Below are positions 10,839 to 19,847 of a DNA stretch of 64,000 bases, one piece after another. The notes beneath the pieces were generated by a model. That model was given only the letters and a program-made list of their open reading frames with translations, did not search any database and was not told where the DNA came from. Origin of the DNA: an uncultured Armatimonadia bacterium (lineage in GTDB: Bacteria > Armatimonadota > Zipacnadia > CAVVLO01); assembly GCA_963749155.1 (NCBI GenBank), contig CAVVLO010000002.1, forward strand, positions 1,504,001 through 1,568,000, in the 5' to 3' direction. A program made the position numbers and the translations under genes. Numbering within the stretch: position 1 is the first letter of the stretch; each line of letters begins with the position of its first letter.

Positions 10839-11820
10839 GTGAGCGAAAAAGACCAAGAGACCTCCTCGCCGCCGCTGGAGCGACCTCTCGCCCTGGGTGA
10901 GAGTGCCGGTTGGGTATGGGGCGGGGCTAGGGACGATCGCGCTGCTCTTCCTGCTGGCGGTGGCGATCGCCCGAACGCTGCCGATCCAACAAGGTCCAGT
11001 GCCAGGTGCATATCCGACGATGCGCGACACATACCTGGCCCAGTTGGCTCAGTTCATCGCGGTGCTGGGCCTGACGATCGGGTGCTTCAGCGGCGCCACC
11101 ATCGTGATGGCGCTTACGCACGAGCGCCGGTCGTTGCCCACGTTGCTGTTCGGAGCGCTCTTCCTGACGGTGGGCTTCGCGTACGCGGTCACCAGGCCCC
11201 AGCAACCCTATGGGCACCCCCTCGGCGTGCTGTGGACGGTGGAGCTGACCGCCCTGACGGCTTGGGTGCTGTTCGGCGTGGGCTCGAAGGTCTGGGCCGA
11301 ACGCCAAGAGGCCCGGCTACAGGCTCCTCCACGTTGGCGCTGGTTGCCGGGCTGGATGCGCATGGTCCTCGGCTACTTGGTCGGCTTGGCGCTGATAATA
11401 CCCGCGATCTACCTTGATGCCCTTCTGGCGTTGGGGCCAGGTCACGCCCTGTCAACCGCAGGATTCGGGCTGGTGAAGGCGGACCAGCCTGCTGGGTACC
11501 TGCTGGTCGGGTTAGGCCTAATTCTGCCACGGCTGCTGGTGGCGCCCCTCCTGGCCGCGATCGTCGCGCTGATCGCCGGTGGGCGGGGCGCGCTGCACGG
11601 CTTGCTGTTCGGGCTGATCCCCGCGAGCAATGCATACCCGGGCCTGGTCGGTTACGGCGTAGTTCGCTCCATCGGATCGGCCAAACTGCTGGGGCTCATC
11701 CTGGCCGCCCAGCCGCTAGTTCTGCTGCTCGCCTGCTGGGCCGGCGGCGCGCTGGCGGCGTGGCTTTTTACGAAGCGGAAGGCCAAGGCCGTTCCTGTTG
11801 AAGGTGACACTGATGACTGA
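10839..11820 (+). CDS. Multi-pass membrane protein, tandem paralog 1 (+1 indel near 10860)
   Basis: About 8 hydrophobic segments; 5' end nearly identical to the gene at 11813 except for one extra A; AGGTGA RBS before the GTG. Confidence 0.7.
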
Positions 11821-12754
11821 AACGCAACAAGAGCCTCCTCGCCGCCGTTGGAGCGACCTCTCGCCCTGGGTGAGGGTGCCGGTGGGGTATGGGGCGGCGC
11901 TAGGGACGATCGCGCTACTCTTCCTGCTGGCCGTGGCGATCGCCCGGGCGTTGCAGAGCAATAAGGGTGCAATGCCAGGGGCCTACCTGACGTCTCACGA
12001 CGTCTGGCAAGTGGCCCAGTTCGTGCTGGCGCTCGGACTAGCGGCAGGCTGCTTCGCCGGCGCCGCCGTGGTGCTGAGCCTCGCGGGGGGGCGCTGGTGG
12101 GTGCCCACGCTGGTGTTTGGGGCGGTATTCCTGATAGTGGGCTTTGTGTACGCAGTCACCAGGCCCTCTGAGGTCTACGTGGCCACACAGGTCGGAGGCT
12201 CCACGCGGCTCGCTTGGGACCCCCTCGCCGTGTTATGGGCGGTGGAACTGACCGCTCTGTCCGCCTGGCTGCTGTTCGGCGTGGCCGCGAAGACCTGGGC
12301 GGGGCGAGGCGCCGCGCGGCCACAGACTCCTCCGCGTTGGCGCTGGCTACCCGGCTGGGCACGGGTGGCGTTGGGCTACCTGGTGGGACTGGCGCTGATA
12401 ACACCCGCGATCGGCCCGGTGGCGCTGCTGGTTGCGGGGCTCGGGGACGCGCTGGTTGAGGTAGGTGCGATTCTGCCCAACCTGCTGGTGGCGTCTCTCC
12501 TGGCCGCGATCGTCGCCTGGGTCGCAGGTACAAACGGCGCGGTGCACGGACTGCTCTTCGGCCTGCTCCCGGCGAGCGCCGTGGGGCGGGGGCTGGCAGG
12601 CTACGAGGTAGGCTTCCCCCTGGGGTGGTCGGTCAGCGCCCTGGGACTGATCTTTGCCGCGGAACCGCTGCTCGTGCTGCTGGCCTGCTGGGCCGGCGGC
12701 GCGCTGGCGGCGTGGCTGGCAGGGCGTAAGCAGCTAAAGCCTGCTTCAGGCTAG
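11813..12754 (+). CDS. Multi-pass membrane protein, tandem paralog 2
   Basis: Shares WSDLSPWVRVPVGYG, VLWxVELTAL, PPRWRWLPGW and LLACWAGGALAAWL with the upstream gene. Confidence 0.75.
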   Translation: MTETQQEPPRRRWSDLSPWVRVPVGYGAALGTIALLFLLAVAIARALQSNKGAMPGAYLTSHDVWQVAQFVLALGLAAGCFAGAAVVLSLAGGRWWVPTLVFGAVFLIVGFVYAVTRPSEVYVATQVGGSTRLAWDPLAVLWAVELTALSAWLLFGVAAKTWAGRGAARPQTPPRWRWLPGWARVALGYLVGLALITPAIGPVALLVAGLGDALVEVGAILPNLLVASLLAAIVAWVAGTNGAVHGLLFGLLPASAVGRGLAGYEVGFPLGWSVSALGLIFAAEPLLVLLACWAGGALAAWLAGRKQLKPASG

Positions 12755-12822
12755 TAGTGGCCCTTCGAGGTGGCTTAATATACTGTTGCTCATTATTAAT
12801 AATATTTAACCTTGCAAAGCTA

Positions 12823-12870
12823 GTGACAAAGCTGGGGCGGGGGGGATAGACTGTTAAGTGAAGCAAAGTT
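12823..12870 (+). promoter_or_regulatory. Putative promoter of pilin cassette 1 with a G7 tract in the spacer
   Basis: GTGACA-18 nt (G7 at 12839-12845)-TAGACT, followed by TGTTAAGTGAAGCAAAGTT shared with cassette 2. Confidence 0.5.
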
Positions 12871-12893
12871 CTGGCAGTGTTGGAGGTCGCACG

Positions 12894-13522
12894 ATGACCC
12901 AAGCCCAGAGTCTTTGGAAAGAACGCCTCCCCCTGTGGCGATTCAGCCTGCTGCTCGCTCTGCTTATTGTTTCTCTCATCGTATTCGCGCGCGTCTCCAA
13001 GGCCACTCCAGTGAACCCCCTGTTCAAGCTTAAGCAATTCGTGCTGGAGCAGCAGCAGCAGCACCAGCAGAAGCTGGACCTCGAGCGCGACCCCCTTCCT
13101 GGCCAGCCAAGGCCCGAAGGCCTGACCCAGTGGCTCGCGCAGCAGGGGCTCGCGGGCAAGCCGCTGGCGCTGCTGATGACAGGCTCCTGCAGCGAGTGCG
13201 CCACAAGCTATCTCAAGGCCTGGAGCGACTTCGCAGCGCTGCCCGGGCGCCGGCTGTGGTGGTCTTCGCGGCCAGTGAAGAAGCCCAGGTCGAGGTTTTC
13301 CTCGCAAAACACCCTGAGATCAACCTGAAGCTGAAGGCGGCGCCATATCCGGGGCTGGAGAAGGAGCTCAACGCCCTCTTCCGGCCCCGCGCCTACTACT
13401 ACGGGGCAGATGGCGCGCTGGGGTGGCTTCAGGGCGACCACACCGACCCCTGGGCGACGCTGGCAGAACTGAAGGAACGGCTCGGACTGGCCGGGGAGGG
13501 CAAGACTAATGCGCAGAATTAG
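12894..13522 (+). CDS. Membrane-anchored thioredoxin-fold (CSEC) protein, cassette 1 (frameshift near 13250)
   Basis: N-terminal TM, GSCSECA and LFRPRAYYY (cis-Pro-like); the intact paralog at 17380 defines the correct frame. Confidence 0.65.
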
Positions 13523-14215
13523 AGGTTTCACCCTTATCGAATTGTTAATCGTGATGGCCATCCTGACCCTGCTGGCGGGCATCCTGTTCACCGTCTTCGC
13601 CGGCGCGAAGGAGAAAGCCCGTCAGACCCACTGTATGAATAACCTCAAGCAGCTCGGGGCCGCGATACTGCTATATAGGCAGGATTATGATGGGGGCTGG
13701 CCGGACGATGCGAAGGCCGTCTACCCGGCCATGTTTCAAGCAAAGAGGTCTTCGCGTGCCCCGACGATGGGGCAACTCGCAGTTTGCGACAGACAGCGGA
13801 GACTATTGGGGGGGTGTATTCGTCCTACGGCAGGTGTGGGGGAGACTTTCTGGGAATACTCTCGGGACGAAGCTTGCGAGTCGCTGCCACACCAGCTCTA
13901 GACTGTGTTGCTCGCGCCTGTTTCCTCGCAGAGAGGCATTTTGCTGACAGGTACCCGTTACTGCGCTGCTACAACCACCTCTTCCCGGGGAGTGATTGCG
14001 GCTCGAGGGAATTCGACAGGTTACGTGAAGCAACCGAACCGAGTGGGATTGTGCCCACTCTCCTACAAGATGGCAGTGTAAAGTTTGAGATAGCACCCTC
14101 ACCCTACGGATCCAATCCCCTGGCGGGACACGTGGCAGCCCACATTACATCAAAAGAGTGGCTCGATGTACTGGACTATTACAAGCAGCAGCTTGGGTGT
14201 GAAGAGGAGGATTGA
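13509..14215 (+). CDS. Prepilin-type N-terminal cleavage/methylation domain protein A (frameshift near 13730)
   Basis: RG|FTLIELL class III signal, KARQTHCMNNLKQLG, CPDD, HLFPG, QDGSV and C-terminal KQQLGCEEED. Confidence 0.85.
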
Positions 14216-14216
14216 G

Positions 14217-14921
14217 ATGGCAAAGCGAGGTTTCACCCTTATTGAGCTGCTGATAGTGATGGCCATCTTGACCCTGCTGGCGGGCATACTGTTCACTGTC
14301 TTCGCCGGCGCGAAGGAGAAAGCCCGCCAGACCCACTGTATGAACAACCTCAAGCAGCTTGGGGCAGCCATCCTGCTGTATAAGCAGGATTACGACGGGG
14401 GGTGGCCGGAGATCGCATGGCAGACCTATCCTCAGTATGTTAGCGACAAAGCGCTCTTTGTCTGCCCAGATGACGGCACAGCATCCAGCATCCGGAAGTC
14501 CTTCGAAACTCGGTATGGCGCCTATGAATCGTATGCAAGAGGTGGCGGTGATTTCCTCTACATACTCTCCGGAAGGGGTCTCCGGTCAGCGGCCATCCCA
14601 GGAACGAGCTGCTCATCACAGGCCATATTCTTGGCCGAGTGGCATTTTCGTGACAGATACCCGGTGCTCAGGTGTTTGAGTCATCTCTTCCCGGGTAGTG
14701 ACTGTGACTCGCGTGCGTTCGACAAGCTGATGGACGCAGCGGAAGTACGGGGCGTGATACCGACGCTTGCGCAGGATGGGAGCGTTGCATTGGAAGTCGT
14801 GCCGTCTGGCTATGGGCCGAACCCGCTGGCAGGGCATGCAGCCGCGCACCTGATGACCAAGGAATGGGCGGATGTGCTGAGAAGCTACAAGAAGCAGCTT
14901 GGGTGTGAAGAGGAGGATTGA
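14217..14921 (+). CDS. Prepilin-type protein B (intact)
   Basis: MAKRG|FTLIELL with the same motif series as A; GAGGAGG RBS inside the end of A. Confidence 0.9.
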   Translation: MAKRGFTLIELLIVMAILTLLAGILFTVFAGAKEKARQTHCMNNLKQLGAAILLYKQDYDGGWPEIAWQTYPQYVSDKALFVCPDDGTASSIRKSFETRYGAYESYARGGGDFLYILSGRGLRSAAIPGTSCSSQAIFLAEWHFRDRYPVLRCLSHLFPGSDCDSRAFDKLMDAAEVRGVIPTLAQDGSVALEVVPSGYGPNPLAGHAAAHLMTKEWADVLRSYKKQLGCEEED

Positions 14922-14922
14922 G

Positions 14923-15631
14923 ATGGCAAAGCGAGGTTTCACCCTTATCGAGTTGCTGATTGTGATGGCCATCTTGACCCTGCTGGCGGGCATCTCTGTT
15001 CACTGTCTTCGCTGGCGCGAAGGAGAAAGCCCGCCAGACCCACTGTATGAATAACCTGAAACAGCTCGGCGCGGCGATATTGCTATATAAGCAGGACTAC
15101 GATGGGGGGTGGCCTAAGGATCTGGCCCGGATATACCCGCATTATGTGAACAGCTCTGCAGTGTTCGTATGCCCTGACGCGGTTGCGACTGCTGAGGAGC
15201 GAGAAGCTGCCCACCGCAGGAAGGGACTCTTCGTGTCGTATGAGCGCCTTGGGGGCTCCGCCTTGGGTGCGCTGTCCGGCGAGCAACTTGACCGGGTTCT
15301 TCGAACTCCTCAGTCGAGCTGTCTGGACAAGGTCGTCGCCTATGTGACGAACGATGTCGCCAGCAGGCTCCCGGTCCTGTGGTGCGTGGATCACCTGCTC
15401 CCTGGCGAGAACTGCATGCGCACAGGCTTCAGGGAGCGCGTGCTCGAGAACAACATGCGGGGGGTGATGCCGACACTTGAGCAGGATGGGAGCGTGATAG
15501 TAGTGGCAGTGCCGACGCGGTACGATCCCAACCCCTTCGCGTTCAACGCGATGGCTAGAATGACAGGGCACGAGTGGCAGCGCTTAGTCGACTCGTGGAA
15601 AAAGCAGCTTGGTTGTGAGGACGAGCAGTAA
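14923..15631 (+). CDS. Prepilin-type protein C (+1 indel near 14995)
   Basis: 5' end nearly identical to B; continues as ORF 15047-15631 with CPD, HLLPG, QDGSV and KQLGC. Confidence 0.85.
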
Positions 15632-15655
15632 GCTTGCGAATTGGAGGTGAGACAA

Positions 15656-15994
15656 GTGAGAAGACTGTCTGTTGCAATAATGCTGTGGTTAGTCCTTCTG
15701 GCGCTGGTGTTGGGCGTGCTCGCGCAGCTTGTGCTTGCGGACGACTGCAGCGGCGAGCATCAGTACTGCGGATCCTGGTACGACACGTGCTGCGCGAGGG
15801 GCTGCACGGACGTGACACTGGGAGCATGGCAGTGGGACTATTGTTACGAGCTATACATCCAGGTCGGCCCGATGTGGTATCCAGGCGCCTGCACCAGGTA
15901 CAAGAAAACCGCGGAATACTACAACTGCCCGGACGGTGAGCCGCCCTGCACTCTCACAAAGTGGGAGTTCGAGATCTGGGGAGAGTGCGACTGA
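15656..15994 (+). CDS. Small secreted Cys-rich protein (10 Cys in the predicted mature part)
   Basis: GGAGGTGA RBS and GTG start; signal peptide ending VLA|DDC; rich in Cys, Trp and Tyr. Confidence 0.7.
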   Translation: MRRLSVAIMLWLVLLALVLGVLAQLVLADDCSGEHQYCGSWYDTCCARGCTDVTLGAWQWDYCYELYIQVGPMWYPGACTRYKKTAEYYNCPDGEPPCTLTKWEFEIWGECD

Positions 15995-16008
15995 GCCTCA
16001 AAACAAGA

Positions 16009-16035
16009 GCAGGGGCAAGTTGCCCCTGCACCCCC
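16009..16035 (-). repeat. GC-rich palindromic REP-like element, may also act as a terminator
   Basis: Minus strand GGGGGTGCAGGGGCAACTTGCCCCTGC with a perfect 10-bp stem; related copy at 25160. Confidence 0.45.
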
Positions 16036-16062
16036 GGAAGGTCGAACTGACTCAGCTTGGTA

Positions 16063-17124
16063 CTAAGTCTCCCCGAACTGTTTGAGGCCCGCGTAGCGCT
16101 TCTTGATATGTCCAAGGCGCTCGCGGATGGGCAGGTTGTAGGGGCATTTCTCCTCGCACTGGCCGCAGTCGGAGCAGTCCTCGGCTTTCTTCTCCAGCGC
16201 CCCGTATTCGCTCAGGAAGTAGGGCCACTCGTAGCCGTAGGCCCGGATGCGGTCGTAGAGCTGCATAATCGCGGCCACGTCCAGCCCCTCGGGGCAGTCA
16301 CGGCAATAGCCGCAGTTGCGGCAGATGGTCTCGCCCATCCAGGTGGCGCGGTCGAGGGCTTCTTTCAGCTCTTCCTCGGTGAGCTTGCGGAAGGTGTTGG
16401 AGGCCTCGAGGGCCTGATCGATGTCACGTTTGCAGTTGGCGCCCGCGAGCGCCACGTTGATATTCTTGTTGGCCAGCACAAACCACCAGGCATGCAGAGG
16501 ACTGACCGCGTGGTCCGCATCGCGGAAGAACATCCCGCCTGAGAGCGGCTTCATCGCGATGAAGGCCATATCGCGCTTGCGCGCCTCGGGGATAACTTCC
16601 AGCTCCGCGTCGTGGATGGCGAGGTTGTAGGTCGCCAGCACCGAGGAGAACTCTTCCAGCCGGATGCACTTGAGGAGGGTGGCGTTATCGTGGCCCGTCA
16701 CGCCCAGGTGCCGCACGACGCCCTGGTCCTTCATCCGCCTGAAAGCCGCCATCGCGCCGTTTGCGGCGGTGACCATCGAGAAGCGCTCGGGCGTCGAGAT
16801 ATCATGAAGCTGCCAGACGTCTAGATAATCGGTATTGAGGGCCGTAAGGCTCTCCTGCAGCTCGCGCATCGCCCCGTCATAGTCGCGGGCCATCGTTTTA
16901 GTGGCCAGCACGACTCGGCCCCTGCGACCTTCGATGGCAGCGCCGATCTTGGCCTCGCTGTCCCCGTAGGCGCGCGCGGTGTCGAGATACTCGATTCCCT
17001 TGTCCAGGGCGTAACTGACCACCTCGACGGCCTCATCGAAGCCCATCTGGATGATCGGGATGCCCCCGAAGCCAATCTCCGCCAGGTATTTGCCGGTCGG
17101 TTCGTGAACACGTTGCTTGAGCAA
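16063..17124 (-). CDS. Aldo/keto reductase with C-terminal Fe-S dicluster domain
   Basis: IGFGGIPI, LDTARAYGDSE, LATKT, DYLDVWQLH, AMKPLSGG, CRNCGYC..CP and CSDCGQCEEKCP. Confidence 0.92.
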   Translation of the reverse strand: MLKQRVHEPTGKYLAEIGFGGIPIIQMGFDEAVEVVSYALDKGIEYLDTARAYGDSEAKIGAAIEGRRGRVVLATKTMARDYDGAMRELQESLTALNTDYLDVWQLHDISTPERFSMVTAANGAMAAFRRMKDQGVVRHLGVTGHDNATLLKCIRLEEFSSVLATYNLAIHDAELEVIPEARKRDMAFIAMKPLSGGMFFRDADHAVSPLHAWWFVLANKNINVALAGANCKRDIDQALEASNTFRKLTEEELKEALDRATWMGETICRNCGYCRDCPEGLDVAAIMQLYDRIRAYGYEWPYFLSEYGALEKKAEDCSDCGQCEEKCPYNLPIRERLGHIKKRYAGLKQFGET

Positions 17125-17171
17125 GGTCGCTCCCCCCCAGAGGCTGCGCGAATCTTCCAGGTCACATCTTC

Positions 17172-17194
17172 TGCCTGGGAAGAGGGCTTCCTGC
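17172..17194 (+). repeat. 23-bp direct repeat, left boundary of cassette 2 (overlaps a SigH-like promoter of the AKR gene on the minus strand)
   Basis: TGCCTGGGAAGAGGGCTTCCTGC versus TGCCCGGGAAGAGGGCTTCCTGC at 20567-20589. Confidence 0.75.
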
Positions 17195-17308
17195 TAGTGA
17201 AATAGAGGACCTTGTCGGCAGTGGGAAGGGGCTTTCGATGGCCAGGTATTGGTTCGAGTGTTAATATGGATTTAGCGGGTATTGATGCCACTCAACCTCC
17301 TTAAGGGC

Positions 17309-17357
17309 TTGACAAAGTTGGGAGGGGGGGGGCTATATTGTTAAGTGAAGCAAAGTT
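17309..17357 (+). promoter_or_regulatory. Putative promoter of pilin cassette 2 with a G9 tract in the spacer
   Basis: TTGACA-19 nt (G9 at 17324-17332)-TATATT, then the 19-nt leader block shared with cassette 1. Confidence 0.6.
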
Positions 17358-17379
17358 TCTCAGCTTTGGAGGTCGCACG

Positions 17380-18093
17380 ATGACCAGGTTCCAGGGCCTT
17401 TGGAAGCCAAGCATCCCCGTCTGGCGATTCAGCCTGCTGCTCGTGCTGTTCCTGCTCTCCTTCATCATTTTTACGAACGTTTCGCAAGCTAACCCCACCA
17501 ACCCCGTCGCGAAGCTCAAGCTGCTGCTGGGCGACAGGTACGAGCAAAACCGGATAGAAGCCCGACTCGCGGAGGATCCCAAGACCGGCCAAAAAGCGCC
17601 GCTGCAGCTCACCAAGTGGCTGGAAAAGCAGGGACTGGCGGGTAAGCCCGTGGCTGTGCTGATGATCGGCGCTTGCAGCGAGTGCGCCGCAAGTTACCTC
17701 AAGGCCTGGAGCGACTTCGCCGCGAAGCCGGGCGCGCCGGCGGTGGTAGTGTTCACACTTGGGGAGGAAGCCCAGGTGAAGGCCTTCCGCGCCAGGCATC
17801 CGGAAGTGAAGCTGACGCTGGCCCCCGAGCCTGAGGGCTATGTCCCTGACCCCAGTGCTGCGTTTGCTGCGCGCTTGGGGGCCAAGCCTTTCACCTGGAA
17901 ACCGCGCATCCAGCCCTATCAGGGAATCGGCAAGGACCTAAACGCGGTGTTCAGGCCACGCCTCTATTATTATGAGACAGACCGGGCGCTCGAGTGGCTT
18001 CAGCCGCGACAGGAAGCCCCCCAAGTGACGCTTGAGGGCTTCGAGCAGCACCTTGGGCTGGGTAAGGAGGGAGCGGCAGATGCGCAAGATTAG
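17380..18093 (+). CDS. Membrane-anchored thioredoxin-fold (CSEC) protein, cassette 2
   Basis: GGAGG RBS, TM segment, GACSECAASYLKAWSDF and VFRPRLYYY; paralog of 12894. Confidence 0.7.
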   Translation: MTRFQGLWKPSIPVWRFSLLLVLFLLSFIIFTNVSQANPTNPVAKLKLLLGDRYEQNRIEARLAEDPKTGQKAPLQLTKWLEKQGLAGKPVAVLMIGACSECAASYLKAWSDFAAKPGAPAVVVFTLGEEAQVKAFRARHPEVKLTLAPEPEGYVPDPSAAFAARLGAKPFTWKPRIQPYQGIGKDLNAVFRPRLYYYETDRALEWLQPRQEAPQVTLEGFEQHLGLGKEGAADAQD

Positions 18094-18799
18094 AGGATTC
18101 ACCTTGGTTGAGTTGCTTATCGTGATAGGCATCCTCGCGTTGCTGGCGGGCATCCTGTTCAGCGTCTTTGGCGGGGCCAAGGAGAAAGCCCGTCAGGCCC
18201 AGTGCCTCAGCAACCTCAAGCAGATCGGTATGGCGGCGTTGCTCTACAAGCAGGATTTCGACGGCGAGTTCCCCCTCCGGATGGAGGCGCTCTTCCCCTC
18301 CTATGTCTCGTCCGCGGCGGTCTTCGTCTGCCCTGACGATGCCTCGTCGGGGGAGTGGCGCGAGAAGCTGGCCAAGGTACGCGGGGTTTACACCTCCTAT
18401 ACCCAGTTCGTGGACCCGCTGTATCAGATGAGCGGCCAAATCAGGCTGCGGCCAGAGGCGACCTGCAGCGAGCTCGCCTTCCAGTCGGCCCTCCGCAAGC
18501 TGTGGCCGAAGCTGCCGATCGCCACCTGCTGGGGCCACCTGCTGCCTGGGCGCTATTACGACGCCTATGGACCCGGGATGTTCGAGTTCCAGCAGGCTCT
18601 GCTGTTAAACGACACACCGTCGGTAATGCCCAGAGTTGAGCAGGATGGCAGTTGCAGGTTTATGAAGGTGCCGCAGGAGTGCGCCTATATTGATGTCATC
18701 ACCCCGTACGGCATCGCAGGGGTCACCTTTCACGACTTTAGGGTGCTGGTGCGGGAAGAGACTGCGGCGTTATGTGACGGCGAAAGCGATGGCGGTTAA
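18080..18799 (+). CDS. Prepilin-type protein D (intact)
   Basis: MRKIRG|FTLVELL, KARQAQCLSNLKQIG, CPDD, CWGHLLPG and EQDGSC. Confidence 0.9.
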   Translation: MRKIRGFTLVELLIVIGILALLAGILFSVFGGAKEKARQAQCLSNLKQIGMAALLYKQDFDGEFPLRMEALFPSYVSSAAVFVCPDDASSGEWREKLAKVRGVYTSYTQFVDPLYQMSGQIRLRPEATCSELAFQSALRKLWPKLPIATCWGHLLPGRYYDAYGPGMFEFQQALLLNDTPSVMPRVEQDGSCRFMKVPQECAYIDVITPYGIAGVTFHDFRVLVREETAALCDGESDGG

Positions 18800-19544
18800 A
18801 GGCGGACGGACCGGCCTGGCCCTGGTCGAGTGGCTGTTAGTGGTTGCCCTTCTCGTGCTGCTGGTCGGCACAGTCTACAGCCTGGCTGGTGGCGCCAGGG
18901 AGAAGCGCGCGCCAGTCGCAGTGCCTCGGCAACCTGGGGCAGATCGGCGCCGCGGCGCTGCTCTACAAAGCGGACTGGGATGGCCATCTGCCAGCTCAAC
19001 TGGAGGCACTCTTTCCGCAGTATGTCGCCTCGGAGTCAGTGTTCGTCTGCCCCAGCGATGTCGCGCCAGAGGGCTGGCGAACCGAGCTCCGGGAAGTGCG
19101 AGGCGTCTACACTTCCTATACCCAGTTTTCAGATGAGCGTTTCTGTCTAGGGGAGGGTGTGCGCATCTCACCAAGCATGCCCTATCAGCAGCTTGCCCAG
19201 GATTATGCTGTACAAGAGATCATGCCCAGGCTACCCATCGCCACCTGTTGGAGCCACCTGCTGCCGGGGCGCTATTACAACCCCTACGACCTAAAGCTGC
19301 AGACCTTCCAGAGAACACTATGGCGCTGCCGAACCCCTTCGGTTATGCCACGAGTGGATCAGGACGGGAGTTGCCGGTCTGATGAGGGTCCCCGAGGAAT
19401 GCCAGTATACCGCTGTCGTTGCGCTCTATGGCTGGGCGGAGATGGACCACCTGGCGTTTGACGCCTTGGTGAGGGAGAAGGTCAAGAACAGGGTCAAGTC
19501 TGGCGCGCGGACCGAGTCGGACCACAAGGGAGGTGATAACTTAA
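18789..19544 (+). CDS. Prepilin-like protein E (three apparent +1 frameshifts; possible pseudogene)
   Basis: RTG|LALVEWL, QSQCLGNLGQIG, CPSD, CWSHLLPG and DQDGSC; breaks at ~18906, ~19379 and ~19499; corrected stop abuts the next ATG. Confidence 0.7.
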
Positions 19545-19847
19545 ATGAGACTAGTGAACAGGAAGAGATACCTGTCGCTGTGCCTTGCGCTGGCAGTTGT
19601 CGCGGTTGTGGCATTGGGGCTACTAGGCGTCGCAGCCATAGTTTGGGCGGACGTTTGTCCACCGTTCGAGAGCGACTGTGCGGAGCGAGACTGCACGGTG
19701 CTACTCAACCCGCCGCCACTACTCTGGGAAACGTTCTGTGAGGATCAGGTTAGGTCTCTCTGCACTCGCCTTCGCTCGACGTGTATACACAGCCTTGGGA
19801 GATATGTATGCGAAGTAAGGCCGACTTGGCCCTGGTCGAGTGGCTAG
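19545..19847 (+). CDS. Small secreted Cys-rich protein (7 Cys in the predicted mature part)
   Basis: GGAGGTGA RBS; basic N-region and hydrophobic core ending VWA|DVC. Confidence 0.65.
   Translation: MRLVNRKRYLSLCLALAVVAVVALGLLGVAAIVWADVCPPFESDCAERDCTVLLNPPPLLWETFCEDQVRSLCTRLRSTCIHSLGRYVCEVRPTWPWSSG

Noticed and set aside
13048..13071. CAG repeat (QQQQHQQ) in redoxin 1 as a contingency locus
   Set aside because: Short, in-frame and absent from the paralog
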